Shown piece after piece: positions 49,006 through 57,350 of a stretch of DNA of 64,000 nt. Every line of letters begins with the position of its first letter. Position 1 is the stretch's first letter. Below the pieces are notes generated by a model. That model ran no database searches. It was not told where the DNA came from and saw only the letters and a list, made by a program, of their open reading frames with translations. The stretch covers positions 49,800 to 113,799 of the forward strand of contig JAZJZK010000027.1 in assembly GCA_040389905.1 (NCBI GenBank), in the 5' to 3' direction. The translations under genes were made by a program, and so were the position numbers. This stretch comes from Gemmatimonadota bacterium. GTDB taxonomy: Bacteria; Gemmatimonadota; Gemmatimonadetes; Gemmatimonadales; Gemmatimonadaceae.

Positions 49006-50700
49006 TTACTTCGACCCTCGCACCCGAAAGAACAGGCGCACCTGGATCTGGTCCCGCGCGACTTTCGAAACTCCGGGATCGCCCGAAATCGTCTCGAGAT
49101 GACTGAGCGATACTTCGACCGGAAACCCGGTCTGGTCGCGTTGGTACGCTTCGACAGTCGTATACCGAATGCCGAAGCCAACTCGCTGCGCCGTGCGCGC
49201 GCCGATGCTTGGGAACGGTGCCCCCAAGCCATTGCACGGGACACAGTCCGCGCCGGCCTCCACGAGTTGATACGTCGTCGCAGTGGTGCGTTCGAGCCCA
49301 TAGTGACCGTTGATCGCAAACCAGTCGCCGATGAGGTAGCGCGGTGTCACATCGAGCGACATGATCGCGCCGGGCGTCCGCGTCACTTTCCCGAACGCCG
49401 GAATCACCCAGAACGCCTCCGGGTCTCCAATCAGTGACGCGTCGAGCGTTCGCGGCTGCGACTTGTTGAAGCTCGCCGCGATCGTACCACCGAGGTTCCC
49501 GCTGATGAAATCCAGCGCCGAGTGCAACTCGAACCCCGAACCCTGACTCGGTGAGACCGTGCCGAGCTTCGTGGCGGAGTCGACGCGCAACGACTCGAAA
49601 CGTAGCATCCCGCCGACTGCGAGTCGCGTCTGGAGCCCCTGTGGCGGCAGCGTGTCGTGCTGGAAACGGTCCATCAACAAATACTGGGCGCCGAAGGAAA
49701 CGCCGCCTAACACCGGCCGATTCGTCGTTTGAATCGAGTCGAGGCCGCCGCCGAGCGCACTGCGTAGCAGGCCGGTCGCCGGACTCCGGCCCTGGAGATC
49801 GATGTACGAAAAGTCACTCGAAGACGTAAACACACCAACCGATGAGCCGGCCCCAGCGCCAAGATACTTCTGTAAACGCGTATTCGTCGCCGCTCGCTCG
49901 GCATCGATGGCCGTTGCCAGTGCGCTCGACGCTCGTGGGGCGATCAACACCGACGCCGAGTCGGTGCCGAGTGCCGACTTGACCGCGTCCGCATAACGCC
50001 GCGCTTGCAGTTGGGCGGCGCTGGCGTCGGCCGCGTTGGCGTTGATGGCGGCACAGCCGGTGGCCAATGGATTGGCGGGGCAGCGCGACAACAGCGTGGC
50101 GATACTATCCGCCGCCTTGATGAACGCGTTGTAGACCTGCGCATTCACTTGCGCGGCCCCAGAGCGCAGCCGCTCCGGCAGATAGCCCATGTTTGCGCGC
50201 TTCAGCGTGTCGCTGTTGACCGTAATGTGAACCGCGCGCCGCGTCTGAATGAACGGAAAGAGAAGGCCGACACTGAGCCGCCGCGTGACGCCGAACTCAA
50301 AGGCGATTGGCGCAACGACGATTCGCTCGCCACTCACGGCGCCCAGCCGGCCGAGCGTCAAGCGAGTGAGTGGGTTGTTGGTGAGTGTCTTGAGGCCCAG
50401 CTCGATTGGCGTCAGCAGGGGCAGCTGCCGTGGTCCGAGCGAGTCGGTTGAGATCTCATCGTCGAGCGAGCGCCGTCCGGTCGCGCTGAAGCGTTCGTCG
50501 ATTCGGCTCCAACCAGTCACGGCTCGCACACGAAGCATTCCGACCGGGACCGGAGCGGCGTCCTCGGTGTGTGTCAGCGTGAGTTGGGCCGAAAGGACTG
50601 ACGGAGCCAGTGCCAATAGAACGACGATCGCCGCGCGTCGAATCACGGGCCGCGCGGCGAGGAAAGCGGGAGCTGACGGCATTGTCACGAGCGAAGGCAT
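49006..50700 (-). CDS. Exported hypothetical protein, possible outer-membrane beta-barrel
   Basis: Signal peptide ending VLSA-Q, amphipathic beta-like segments, C-terminal QIQVRLFF; fills the gap convergent with recN; start uncertain. Confidence 0.68.
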   Translation of the reverse strand: MPSLVTMPSAPAFLAARPVIRRAAIVVLLALAPSVLSAQLTLTHTEDAAPVPVGMLRVRAVTGWSRIDERFSATGRRSLDDEISTDSLGPRQLPLLTPIELGLKTLTNNPLTRLTLGRLGAVSGERIVVAPIAFEFGVTRRLSVGLLFPFIQTRRAVHITVNSDTLKRANMGYLPERLRSGAAQVNAQVYNAFIKAADSIATLLSRCPANPLATGCAAINANAADASAAQLQARRYADAVKSALGTDSASVLIAPRASSALATAIDAERAATNTRLQKYLGAGAGSSVGVFTSSSDFSYIDLQGRSPATGLLRSALGGGLDSIQTTNRPVLGGVSFGAQYLLMDRFQHDTLPPQGLQTRLAVGGMLRFESLRVDSATKLGTVSPSQGSGFELHSALDFISGNLGGTIAASFNKSQPRTLDASLIGDPEAFWVIPAFGKVTRTPGAIMSLDVTPRYLIGDWFAINGHYGLERTTATTYQLVEAGADCVPCNGLGAPFPSIGARTAQRVGFGIRYTTVEAYQRDQTGFPVEVSLSHLETISGDPGVSKVARDQIQVRLFFRVRGSK

Positions 50701-50756
50701 GGGGCGGAAGGTTATCATTGGTGCGCACGCCCATCAACTTTACTTCGTACGCATTC

Positions 50757-52532
50757 GTGACACACACCGCGCTTCCGAACGTTCCCTGGCAGTTGACCGG
50801 CAATCACTGGTTGTCGCTTCCCTGCATTCATCCGGCGGACGGATCGGTGCATGCCATCGGGATGCTCCACCGCGGCGCGCGGGCCTCGGTGGAGTTCGCT
50901 GGTGGCGCTGGTTTTCTGGATGGGGGCGCTCCGCCGCTCCTCAAGCCCGTCATCGAAATCGACGGCGTTCGCCAGGACCTCTCGGCGGGGACCATGGCAT
51001 GGGAACGCGCCGCCGCGTGGCTTCCGACCTTCACCTGTGCACTCGGCGATCTCGTCGTTCGCGGGACGATCTTCGCGCCCTATGGCCGCGACGCCGATGT
51101 GGCGGGCGCGGTGTACGTCATCGGCATCGAGAATCGCGGGGCGGGAAGCCGACAGGTGGTCGTGCGTCTCGAAGGCACTCTCGGCCATCGTCAGATCCGT
51201 GTGCGTACAGCGCGCCCTGCTGAGGATTCGTCCCGCGTATCGGAGAGCGCTGGCGGTTGGGTCCTTCTCGAGGGGAGCGCACAGCCGGGGCTCGTCGCGC
51301 TCGCGCTCGGTACCGATGGAGATGCGAATATCGCGGTGCACGGGACGTCGTACTCCTTGGCGCGGCAGCTCGTGGTGGAGGCGGGCGCCAGCGTGCAGGT
51401 GGCGTTCTATCTCGCGGCCGGCCCGGAGCGCGATGGCGCTGAAGCAACAGCCGCCGTCTTGAAGCGGCGAGGGTGGCGCGCGCTGCTCGCCGGTACGCGC
51501 GATGCGCTCCAACAGCTGGAACAGAGCACCGGAGCCGAAGCGATCGACCGGCTCATCAATCGCAACCTCCTGTTTGCGTATTTCTATGGCGTCGGGCGAG
51601 CGCTCGATGACGCGCACTACTACCTCGTCCGTTCGCGCGCACCGTGGCATGGGTCCGGGGTGACCGTTCGGGACTGGGAGGCGCTCATGTGGACGCTTCC
51701 CGCGGTCCAGTTGGCGGACACGGGGCTCGCACGCGAGCTGCTGCTGCGCATGTGCGAGCTGCACGCCTATGCGCCCGGGCGCGGGGTCCACTATTTCGAT
51801 GGGACGCTGTTCGAGCCTGGATTCGCGCTCGAGGGTGTGGCGGCGTACCCGATCGCCGTGGATCGCTACATCCGCGACACGGGCGACGATGCGGTCGTCG
51901 ACGAGCCAGCGGTCGGCGATGCCTTGTACCTCTCTGGCGACGATCTCAAGGACCGGCGCGACCGGCGCGTGCCGCTGTATTCCACCGATGTGACGCCGTC
52001 CGGCGAAACGTCGGTGCATCCCTTCACCCTCCATGCGAACGCCGCCGTGTCGTTCGCCCTCGACGTCCTCAAGCGCACGCTCGACGAGCAGTCGGCGCGC
52101 GAGGTGGAGGATCCCGCGGCCGTTCGTGCCGCGATGAAGCGACACTTCGCGCCGGAGCGCGACCCGAAGGGCAAACTCTCCGCGTCGATCGACCTGGCGG
52201 GGCAGCGATCGGATGACGACGTGCCCTCCGCGAGCGCATTCTGGCTGCCGCTCTACGAGGCGCTCGATCGCCAGGACTCGCTGTATCGTCGCACGGTCAA
52301 GGCCATTCCGCCGCACGGTACATCGCTCGTGCGCGAGATCGGCCGGTTGTTGGGCCCCGATGGAGAGCGTGTGCTGGAGTGGTTGCGTCGCGCGCCGCTG
52401 CACGGTGGATTGGCGGCAGAGGTGGTGGACGAAAACGGTCTCGCGGTCGCGAATGGCGGTGATGCGGCGCTGTCCGGCCTCCTCGCGGCGACAGCGTGGC
52501 ACGCCGTTCACGTGCTTGGCATGAAAGGGTGA
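50757..52532 (+). CDS. Putative (alpha/alpha)6 glycoside hydrolase (GH125/GH15-like)
   Basis: Beta-rich N-half, VRDWEALMWTLPA..LARELL, C-terminal GLAAEVVD; family assigned by resemblance only. Confidence 0.58.
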   Translation: MTHTALPNVPWQLTGNHWLSLPCIHPADGSVHAIGMLHRGARASVEFAGGAGFLDGGAPPLLKPVIEIDGVRQDLSAGTMAWERAAAWLPTFTCALGDLVVRGTIFAPYGRDADVAGAVYVIGIENRGAGSRQVVVRLEGTLGHRQIRVRTARPAEDSSRVSESAGGWVLLEGSAQPGLVALALGTDGDANIAVHGTSYSLARQLVVEAGASVQVAFYLAAGPERDGAEATAAVLKRRGWRALLAGTRDALQQLEQSTGAEAIDRLINRNLLFAYFYGVGRALDDAHYYLVRSRAPWHGSGVTVRDWEALMWTLPAVQLADTGLARELLLRMCELHAYAPGRGVHYFDGTLFEPGFALEGVAAYPIAVDRYIRDTGDDAVVDEPAVGDALYLSGDDLKDRRDRRVPLYSTDVTPSGETSVHPFTLHANAAVSFALDVLKRTLDEQSAREVEDPAAVRAAMKRHFAPERDPKGKLSASIDLAGQRSDDDVPSASAFWLPLYEALDRQDSLYRRTVKAIPPHGTSLVREIGRLLGPDGERVLEWLRRAPLHGGLAAEVVDENGLAVANGGDAALSGLLAATAWHAVHVLGMKG

Positions 52533-52539
52533 CGCGCCT

Positions 52540-52604
52540 TGTCACCCCGAGCGAGCCCATTCGACCACGCTCAGGGCAGGCTCCGCGAATTGAGGGGTCT
52601 GCAC
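52540..52604 (+). repeat. Family A arm with internal insert
   Basis: TGTCACCCCGAGCGAGC-[CCATTCGACCACGCTCAGGGCAGGCT]-..GAGGGGTCTGCAC. Confidence 0.75.
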
Positions 52605-52660
52605 GTCAACAGGCGGTAGCGCTTTCAGCGCGCGCGTGCCGCGGATATATTCCTCGGACT

Positions 52661-52733
52661 GCGGGAATAGCTCAGTTGGTAGAGCACAACCTTGCCAAGG
52701 TTGGGGTCGCGGGTTCGAGTCCCGTTTCCCGCT
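52661..52733 (+). tRNA. tRNA-Gly(GCC)
   Basis: GCGGGAA/TTCCCGC, CAACC-TTGCCAA-GGTTG; CCA not encoded. Confidence 0.97.
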
Positions 52734-52793
52734 CTCGGAAGCGCAGACGGGGGAGCGAAAGCTTCCCCGTTTGCGTTGTTGGGGCAGGTGCAG

Positions 52794-52877
52794 GCCGGGA
52801 TGGCGAAACTGGCAGACGCGCGAGACTTAAAATCTCGTGTCCGCAAGGACGTCCGGGTTCGATCCCCGGTCCTGGCA
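52794..52877 (+). tRNA. tRNA-Leu(TAA)
   Basis: GCCGGGA/TCCTGGC, CGAGA-CTTAAAA-TCTCG, variable arm GTCC-GCAA-GGAC; CCA not encoded. Confidence 0.95.
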
Positions 52878-53378
52878 TTTCTCACCGCTCACACGCTTGC
52901 GCGGATGGCTGAGCGAAACCACGAGATAATAGAGAGGAAACTCGTCGCTCGACGGCGTCGCGGCCGATTGGTAGAGCCGCCCCGCGCTGCCGAAGACCTC
53001 TGGTGCGACGGACAGGGCGTCGACGATCTCGATGGCATCCGTGGCGATCACGCGACCATTCGCCCCGCGCAACTCCAGGGCTAGGGCGGCCAGATCGCCT
53101 CGAGCGCGCTGCAGATCGTCGTACTCTTTCGTCTCTCGGAGCCTCGGCTCGATACCCCGAAGGTGCGACCGGCCGAGGAGCGCCGCGTCCACTGGTAGCG
53201 AGAGCGCGGCGCGCGCGAGCGCCGAGGCGCACCGACGAACGCCCGTGAGAACCGGCATGAGTTCTCCGCAGGACTGCGACGGCACGAAGAAGCCACTCCG
53301 CCACCGAACGAACTCCGTTGGGTCACTGAGTTCACTGGTACCGAGCGACCGCCCGTGTGACCATACCGAGTAAGCCAT
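52827..53378 (-). CDS. Hypothetical protein; 3' end overlaps tRNA-Leu antisense
   Basis: ATG start and globular-looking sequence (YSVWSHGRSLGTSEL..LELRGANGRVIAT..I.IVD); no family recognised. Confidence 0.55.
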   Translation of the reverse strand: MAYSVWSHGRSLGTSELSDPTEFVRWRSGFFVPSQSCGELMPVLTGVRRCASALARAALSLPVDAALLGRSHLRGIEPRLRETKEYDDLQRARGDLAALALELRGANGRVIATDAIEIVDALSVAPEVFGSAGRLYQSAATPSSDEFPLYYLVVSLSHPRKRVSGEKCQDRGSNPDVLADTRF

Positions 53379-53463
53379 TCACGCTCCGAACGGGAACGCG
53401 AAAAGCCTACTCCGGCCCCGTCACCGCAGCGTCATCACGACCGCTGCACGTGGCGACCGGGAT

Positions 53464-54144
53464 TCATGCGACCGCCGCCGGAGGAAGCGCGAGGGTGCAC
53501 ATGTCGCCCTTGCTATCGAGTTCCAGGACGTCCTCGTCATACTCGAAGGAGATTCCCTCCACCCGCCGCTCCGGCGGTGGATACGCGCTCTGGCGCATCT
53601 GGACGCCGCGTACAGCCGGGAAGTTGTCGAGGTTGAGGTTGTACGCTGACCAGAACGACGAGAACTGCAGCTCCTCGTACAGTTGGCTGGGCGTCAACCC
53701 ACAGCAGTCGCCGACGTAGAGCCCAGGGCGAAAGCCCGCCTGATTGGTCGCATCGTACCACGCATTGCAGAACGCGACGACGTCCTCCGCTGGCGCATTG
53801 GTCGCCACACCTTCGAGATCGCACCAGAGCGACGCACCTTCCGGGTACCCGGCCGCCGCAGCTTCGGCGGCAGCGGTTGCGCCGTATTCCGATCCCAATG
53901 CGGCCGTGGGCTCCCAGCCTGGCGCAGCAACGTGCTGCACGAGCATCACCGCGAGACCTGCCGCGTGCAGCGTCTGCAACTCGTCAGCGCTGATGTCGAA
54001 GGGATGCGCGGTTGTTCGACGCACATAGCGGATCACGAACCGGTAGCCGGCCGCAGCAAAGCGCGCCGCCGCATCCGCGGTCAGTGACTGGTTGCAGTCG
54101 AATCCGCGGTTTTCCGCTGCGAGCTGTCCCGTGAGCGCGCTCAC
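53464..54144 (-). CDS. DUF1906 (Rv2525c-like, GH25-related) putative peptidoglycan hydrolase
   Basis: RGFDC, GYRFVIRY, ELQTLHAAGL.V, WCDLEG, GFRPGLY. Confidence 0.75.
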   Translation of the reverse strand: MSALTGQLAAENRGFDCNQSLTADAAARFAAAGYRFVIRYVRRTTAHPFDISADELQTLHAAGLAVMLVQHVAAPGWEPTAALGSEYGATAAAEAAAAGYPEGASLWCDLEGVATNAPAEDVVAFCNAWYDATNQAGFRPGLYVGDCCGLTPSQLYEELQFSSFWSAYNLNLDNFPAVRGVQMRQSAYPPPERRVEGISFEYDEDVLELDSKGDMCTLALPPAAVA

Positions 54145-54293
54145 GCCGTCACCAACGCACTACCTGAGCTTGTCGTACACATGCGCACCGTTCGTCGAAG
54201 GAGAGTGGGGGGTGTTCTCCGCCAGTCCTGCGTCGGAAGGGCTGGACGATGGTGCGCGCGCACCGCGCGAAACGCAATGCTCTCTGGAGCGCG

Positions 54294-54581
54294 TCAGCGC
54301 CGAAGCGACCGGCGGGCGGCGAACACCGCGGGGCAGGCAGGCCCATGATCGCAATACCAGCCATGCCGGTCGAAGTACACGAGATGATGATGGACCAGTC
54401 CTTCCTGTCGTTCCGTGACTCGCAGCAGGCATTCGACGCTCGTTCGCGCCCCGCACATCTGCTGTGGATCGAGGGGGCGCACGTCGAACCGTCGTCCGTC
54501 GTCCACCGAACCCTTCGGCCGCGAGATGCGACGAACGTTACGCACAGTGGCGCGCATCGCCATTTTCTTGACTTTCGACAC
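54294..54581 (-). CDS. Small basic protein with C-terminal Cys/His motif
   Basis: AGGAGG RBS before GTG 54581 (alternative ATG 54563); HLVYFDRHGWYCDHGPACPAV; divergent from XRE gene. Confidence 0.62.
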   Translation of the reverse strand: MSKVKKMAMRATVRNVRRISRPKGSVDDGRRFDVRPLDPQQMCGARTSVECLLRVTERQEGLVHHHLVYFDRHGWYCDHGPACPAVFAARRSLRR

Positions 54582-54661
54582 ATCTCCTCCTACACTGTGC
54601 AACGCACGTCACCTATTTTCGGTGAATGTTCGGTATTCTGCTCAAGCTTAAATCGTAACGA

Positions 54662-55177
54662 ATGTCAACGCAAGAGACCGCATCACCCGACGTACCCGAA
54701 GAAATTCTCGAGCTCACTGCGCTCGGGAAAAAACTGGAGTTTCTGCGTATCGAGCGCGGTGTTTCCAAGCAGCGACTGGCCAAGCATGCCGGGACATCTC
54801 GCCAACAACTCTGGCGCGTCATGACCGGAAAGTCCGAGCTCACGCGCTCCCTGCGCGAGCGGCTCGCCTTCGCGCTGAACATCGAGCCTGCGTCGCTCGT
54901 CGCGACCAATCCCGAATCCACGCAGACGCTCGGCGCCAACACGCTGGCGACCTTCACGCTCGCGCCCGTATCGACGAGGCAGCTGACCGTGAACGAGTAT
55001 CTCACGCAGCCGGAACACCTCGCCGCCACACTGCGTTCGCTGCCGACGGGCGATGGCGGACGCCGCCTCAAGCGCGCGCTCCTCAATGCGCTCGAAGATC
55101 TCGCGGTGGAAACGGGGCGGTCGCTTCCGCTCGACTATTCCGAGATCCATCGTCGGGTGCTCGCCGGCGAGATCTGA
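54662..55177 (+). CDS. XRE-family HTH regulator with unknown C-terminal domain
   Basis: LGKKLEFLRIERGVSKQRLAKHAGTSRQQLWRVMTG..RLAFALNI. Confidence 0.85.
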   Translation: MSTQETASPDVPEEILELTALGKKLEFLRIERGVSKQRLAKHAGTSRQQLWRVMTGKSELTRSLRERLAFALNIEPASLVATNPESTQTLGANTLATFTLAPVSTRQLTVNEYLTQPEHLAATLRSLPTGDGGRRLKRALLNALEDLAVETGRSLPLDYSEIHRRVLAGEI

Positions 55178-55185
55178 CAGCAACA

Positions 55186-55223
55186 GCAGATCCCTCGGCT
55201 CGCGTTGCTCGCTTGGGATGACA
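55186..55223 (-). repeat. Family A arm
   Basis: Reverse complement TGTCATCCCAAGCGAGCAACGCGAGCCGAGGGATCTGC. Confidence 0.8.
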
Positions 55224-55284
55224 TACTGCGAAATGCCGCCAACCGACTGTGCGGGTGTAGTCTTGCCTGACTAAATTGCGCGAC

Positions 55285-56280
55285 ATGACAGACGTCGTCG
55301 CGCTCGCTGCCGAATTGCTCGCAATCCAATCGTCCACCGGCTCCGAAGGCGCCGCTGTTGATTTCGTGGCGCGCTGGCTCATCGCGCGTGACTGGAACGT
55401 CACGACGCAGGAAGTCACGAAGGGTCGTGCCAATGTATGGGCGTCACGCACGGGGCACGGCGTCACCTTCTCAACGCACCTCGATACCGTTCCGCCGTAC
55501 CTGCCCCCTCGTCTCGAGTCCGGGCGCCTGTACGGGCGCGGTGCGTGTGACGCCAAGGGCATCGCCGCGGCCATGCTCTGCGCCGCGGAGCGCCTCGCCG
55601 CGGCTGGGGAACAGCGAATCGACCTGTTGTTCGTCGTCGGAGAAGAGAAGGGCTCCGATGGCGCGCGCGCTGCAAATCACCTCGCGGCCACGAGCAGGTT
55701 CCTCGTGAATGGCGAGCCGACCGAGAGCAAGCTCGCATCGGGTTGCAAGGGATCGCAGCGCGTCATCGTACGAACGCGCGGACGCGCGGCGCATTCCGCC
55801 TATCCAGAGTTGGGCATCTCCGCCATCGAGCCGATGCTCGAGCTGCTGCCCACCGTGCGAACGTTGAAGCTTCCAACCGACGACATCCTCGGTCAGACCA
55901 CGGTGAACATCGGAACCATTCGCGGCGGCACGGAGGGCAACATCATTCCCGCACTTTGCGAAGCCGAGCTGATGTTCAGGCTTGTCAGCGATGTCGAGCC
56001 ACTGCGTGAGATGATCACCGAATGGGCGGGCGGAAAAGCGGAGTTGGAATGGGGCTCGCACATTCCCAAGCAGCACTTTCACACCATCGAGGGATTCGAC
56101 GTCGCACCCGTGGCCTATACATCCGACATTCCGCTGCTCGGTAGATGGGGAACGCCGCTCCTGTTCGGACCGGGATCCATTCACGTGGCGCACACCACGG
56201 AGGAGTTTATCGACGTCGAAGAGTTGCGTGCGTCCGTAGACGCCTATGAGCGCATCGCGCGCGCGGTGCTCGCGTCATGA
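55285..56280 (+). CDS. M20 family deacylase (ArgE/DapE-like)
   Basis: THLDTV, GRGACDAKG, GEE, NGEPT, AHT. Confidence 0.88.
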   Translation: MTDVVALAAELLAIQSSTGSEGAAVDFVARWLIARDWNVTTQEVTKGRANVWASRTGHGVTFSTHLDTVPPYLPPRLESGRLYGRGACDAKGIAAAMLCAAERLAAAGEQRIDLLFVVGEEKGSDGARAANHLAATSRFLVNGEPTESKLASGCKGSQRVIVRTRGRAAHSAYPELGISAIEPMLELLPTVRTLKLPTDDILGQTTVNIGTIRGGTEGNIIPALCEAELMFRLVSDVEPLREMITEWAGGKAELEWGSHIPKQHFHTIEGFDVAPVAYTSDIPLLGRWGTPLLFGPGSIHVAHTTEEFIDVEELRASVDAYERIARAVLAS

Positions 56281-57350
56281 CCGAGGTCCCCGATCGCCGC
56301 ATCCCCGTCGCCGTGCTCGGTGCGACCGGAGCCGTGGGGCAGACGTTCATTCGCCTCCTGCATAATCATCCCTGGTTCAGGCTCGACGAGCTGGGCGCAT
56401 CGGAGCGGTCGGCCGGTAAGCCGTATCACGAGGCCGCGAAGTGGGTTGGCACCGATGCGATTCCCGCCTCCGTGAGCGACATGGTGGTGCGTGCCTGCGA
56501 CCCGAAGGAAGTCGCTGCGCCGATCGTCTTTTCCGCGCTCGACGCATCCGTCGCGGGCGAGGTCGAAGCCGCCTTTGCGCAGGCGGGCCGCATGGTCCTG
56601 AGTAATGCCAAGAACTTCCGTATGGAGGCGGACGTTCCGCTGGTCATTCCTGAAGTGAATGCCGACCATCTCGCACTCATCGATGTCCAACGTGCGAATC
56701 GCGGCTGGAGCGGCGCGATCGTTACGAACGCGAATTGCGCGGCGATCATGGCGGTCATGGGGCTCGCCCCGCTGCACGCGGCCTTTGGGATTCGGAAGCT
56801 CTTCATCTTCACGATGCAGGCGGTCTCCGGCGCCGGTTACCCTGGCGTTCCCTCACTCGACATCCTCGGTAATGTGATCCCGTACATCAGCGGTGAAGAG
56901 CCGAAGATCGAGACGGAAATCCAGAAGATGCTGGGCAAGTACGTGGACCAGCGCGTGGTGGACGCGCCTATCGTCATCAGCGCGCACGCGAATCGCGTCG
57001 CCGTCGAGAATGGCCACACGGTGTGTATGTCGGTGGAGTTCGACACTCGCGTGAATGCCGAGCAGGCGCTCGCCGTGCTGCGCGCGTGGGAGGGCGACGC
57101 GTCCGCGCGCGGACTGCCAAGCTCGCCTGAGCGCGCACTTGTCGTGAGCGACATGCCCGATCGTCCGCAGCCGCGGCGCGACGTCGATGCGGGGCGCGGC
57201 ATGACGGTGACGGTCGGCCGAGTGCGAGACGACGCGCTGTTCGACATCAAGCTGGTGTCCATGGGTCACAACACGATTCGCGGAGCGGCAGGCGCCTCGG
57301 TACTCAACGCGGAGTTGCTCGTGCACACCGGGCGCGTGAGCCACGCGTGA
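56277..57350 (+). CDS. asd: Aspartate-semialdehyde dehydrogenase
   Basis: GATGAVGQ, NANC, QAVSGAG, HNTIRGAAG. Confidence 0.95.
   Translation: MTEVPDRRIPVAVLGATGAVGQTFIRLLHNHPWFRLDELGASERSAGKPYHEAAKWVGTDAIPASVSDMVVRACDPKEVAAPIVFSALDASVAGEVEAAFAQAGRMVLSNAKNFRMEADVPLVIPEVNADHLALIDVQRANRGWSGAIVTNANCAAIMAVMGLAPLHAAFGIRKLFIFTMQAVSGAGYPGVPSLDILGNVIPYISGEEPKIETEIQKMLGKYVDQRVVDAPIVISAHANRVAVENGHTVCMSVEFDTRVNAEQALAVLRAWEGDASARGLPSSPERALVVSDMPDRPQPRRDVDAGRGMTVTVGRVRDDALFDIKLVSMGHNTIRGAAGASVLNAELLVHTGRVSHA

Noticed and set aside
54149..54583. Alternative ORFs 54149-54583, 54160-54456 and 54249-54824
   Set aside because: They overlap the better-supported 54294-54581 frame and are low-complexity, although the frame choice is not proven.
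52860..55280. Prophage or integrative element at tRNA-Leu
   Set aside because: No integrase or phage structural genes, and no duplicated tRNA 3' end (att) was found by eye.
55178..55284. Lysine riboswitch before the DAP operon
   Set aside because: The gap is too short and is mostly a family A repeat.
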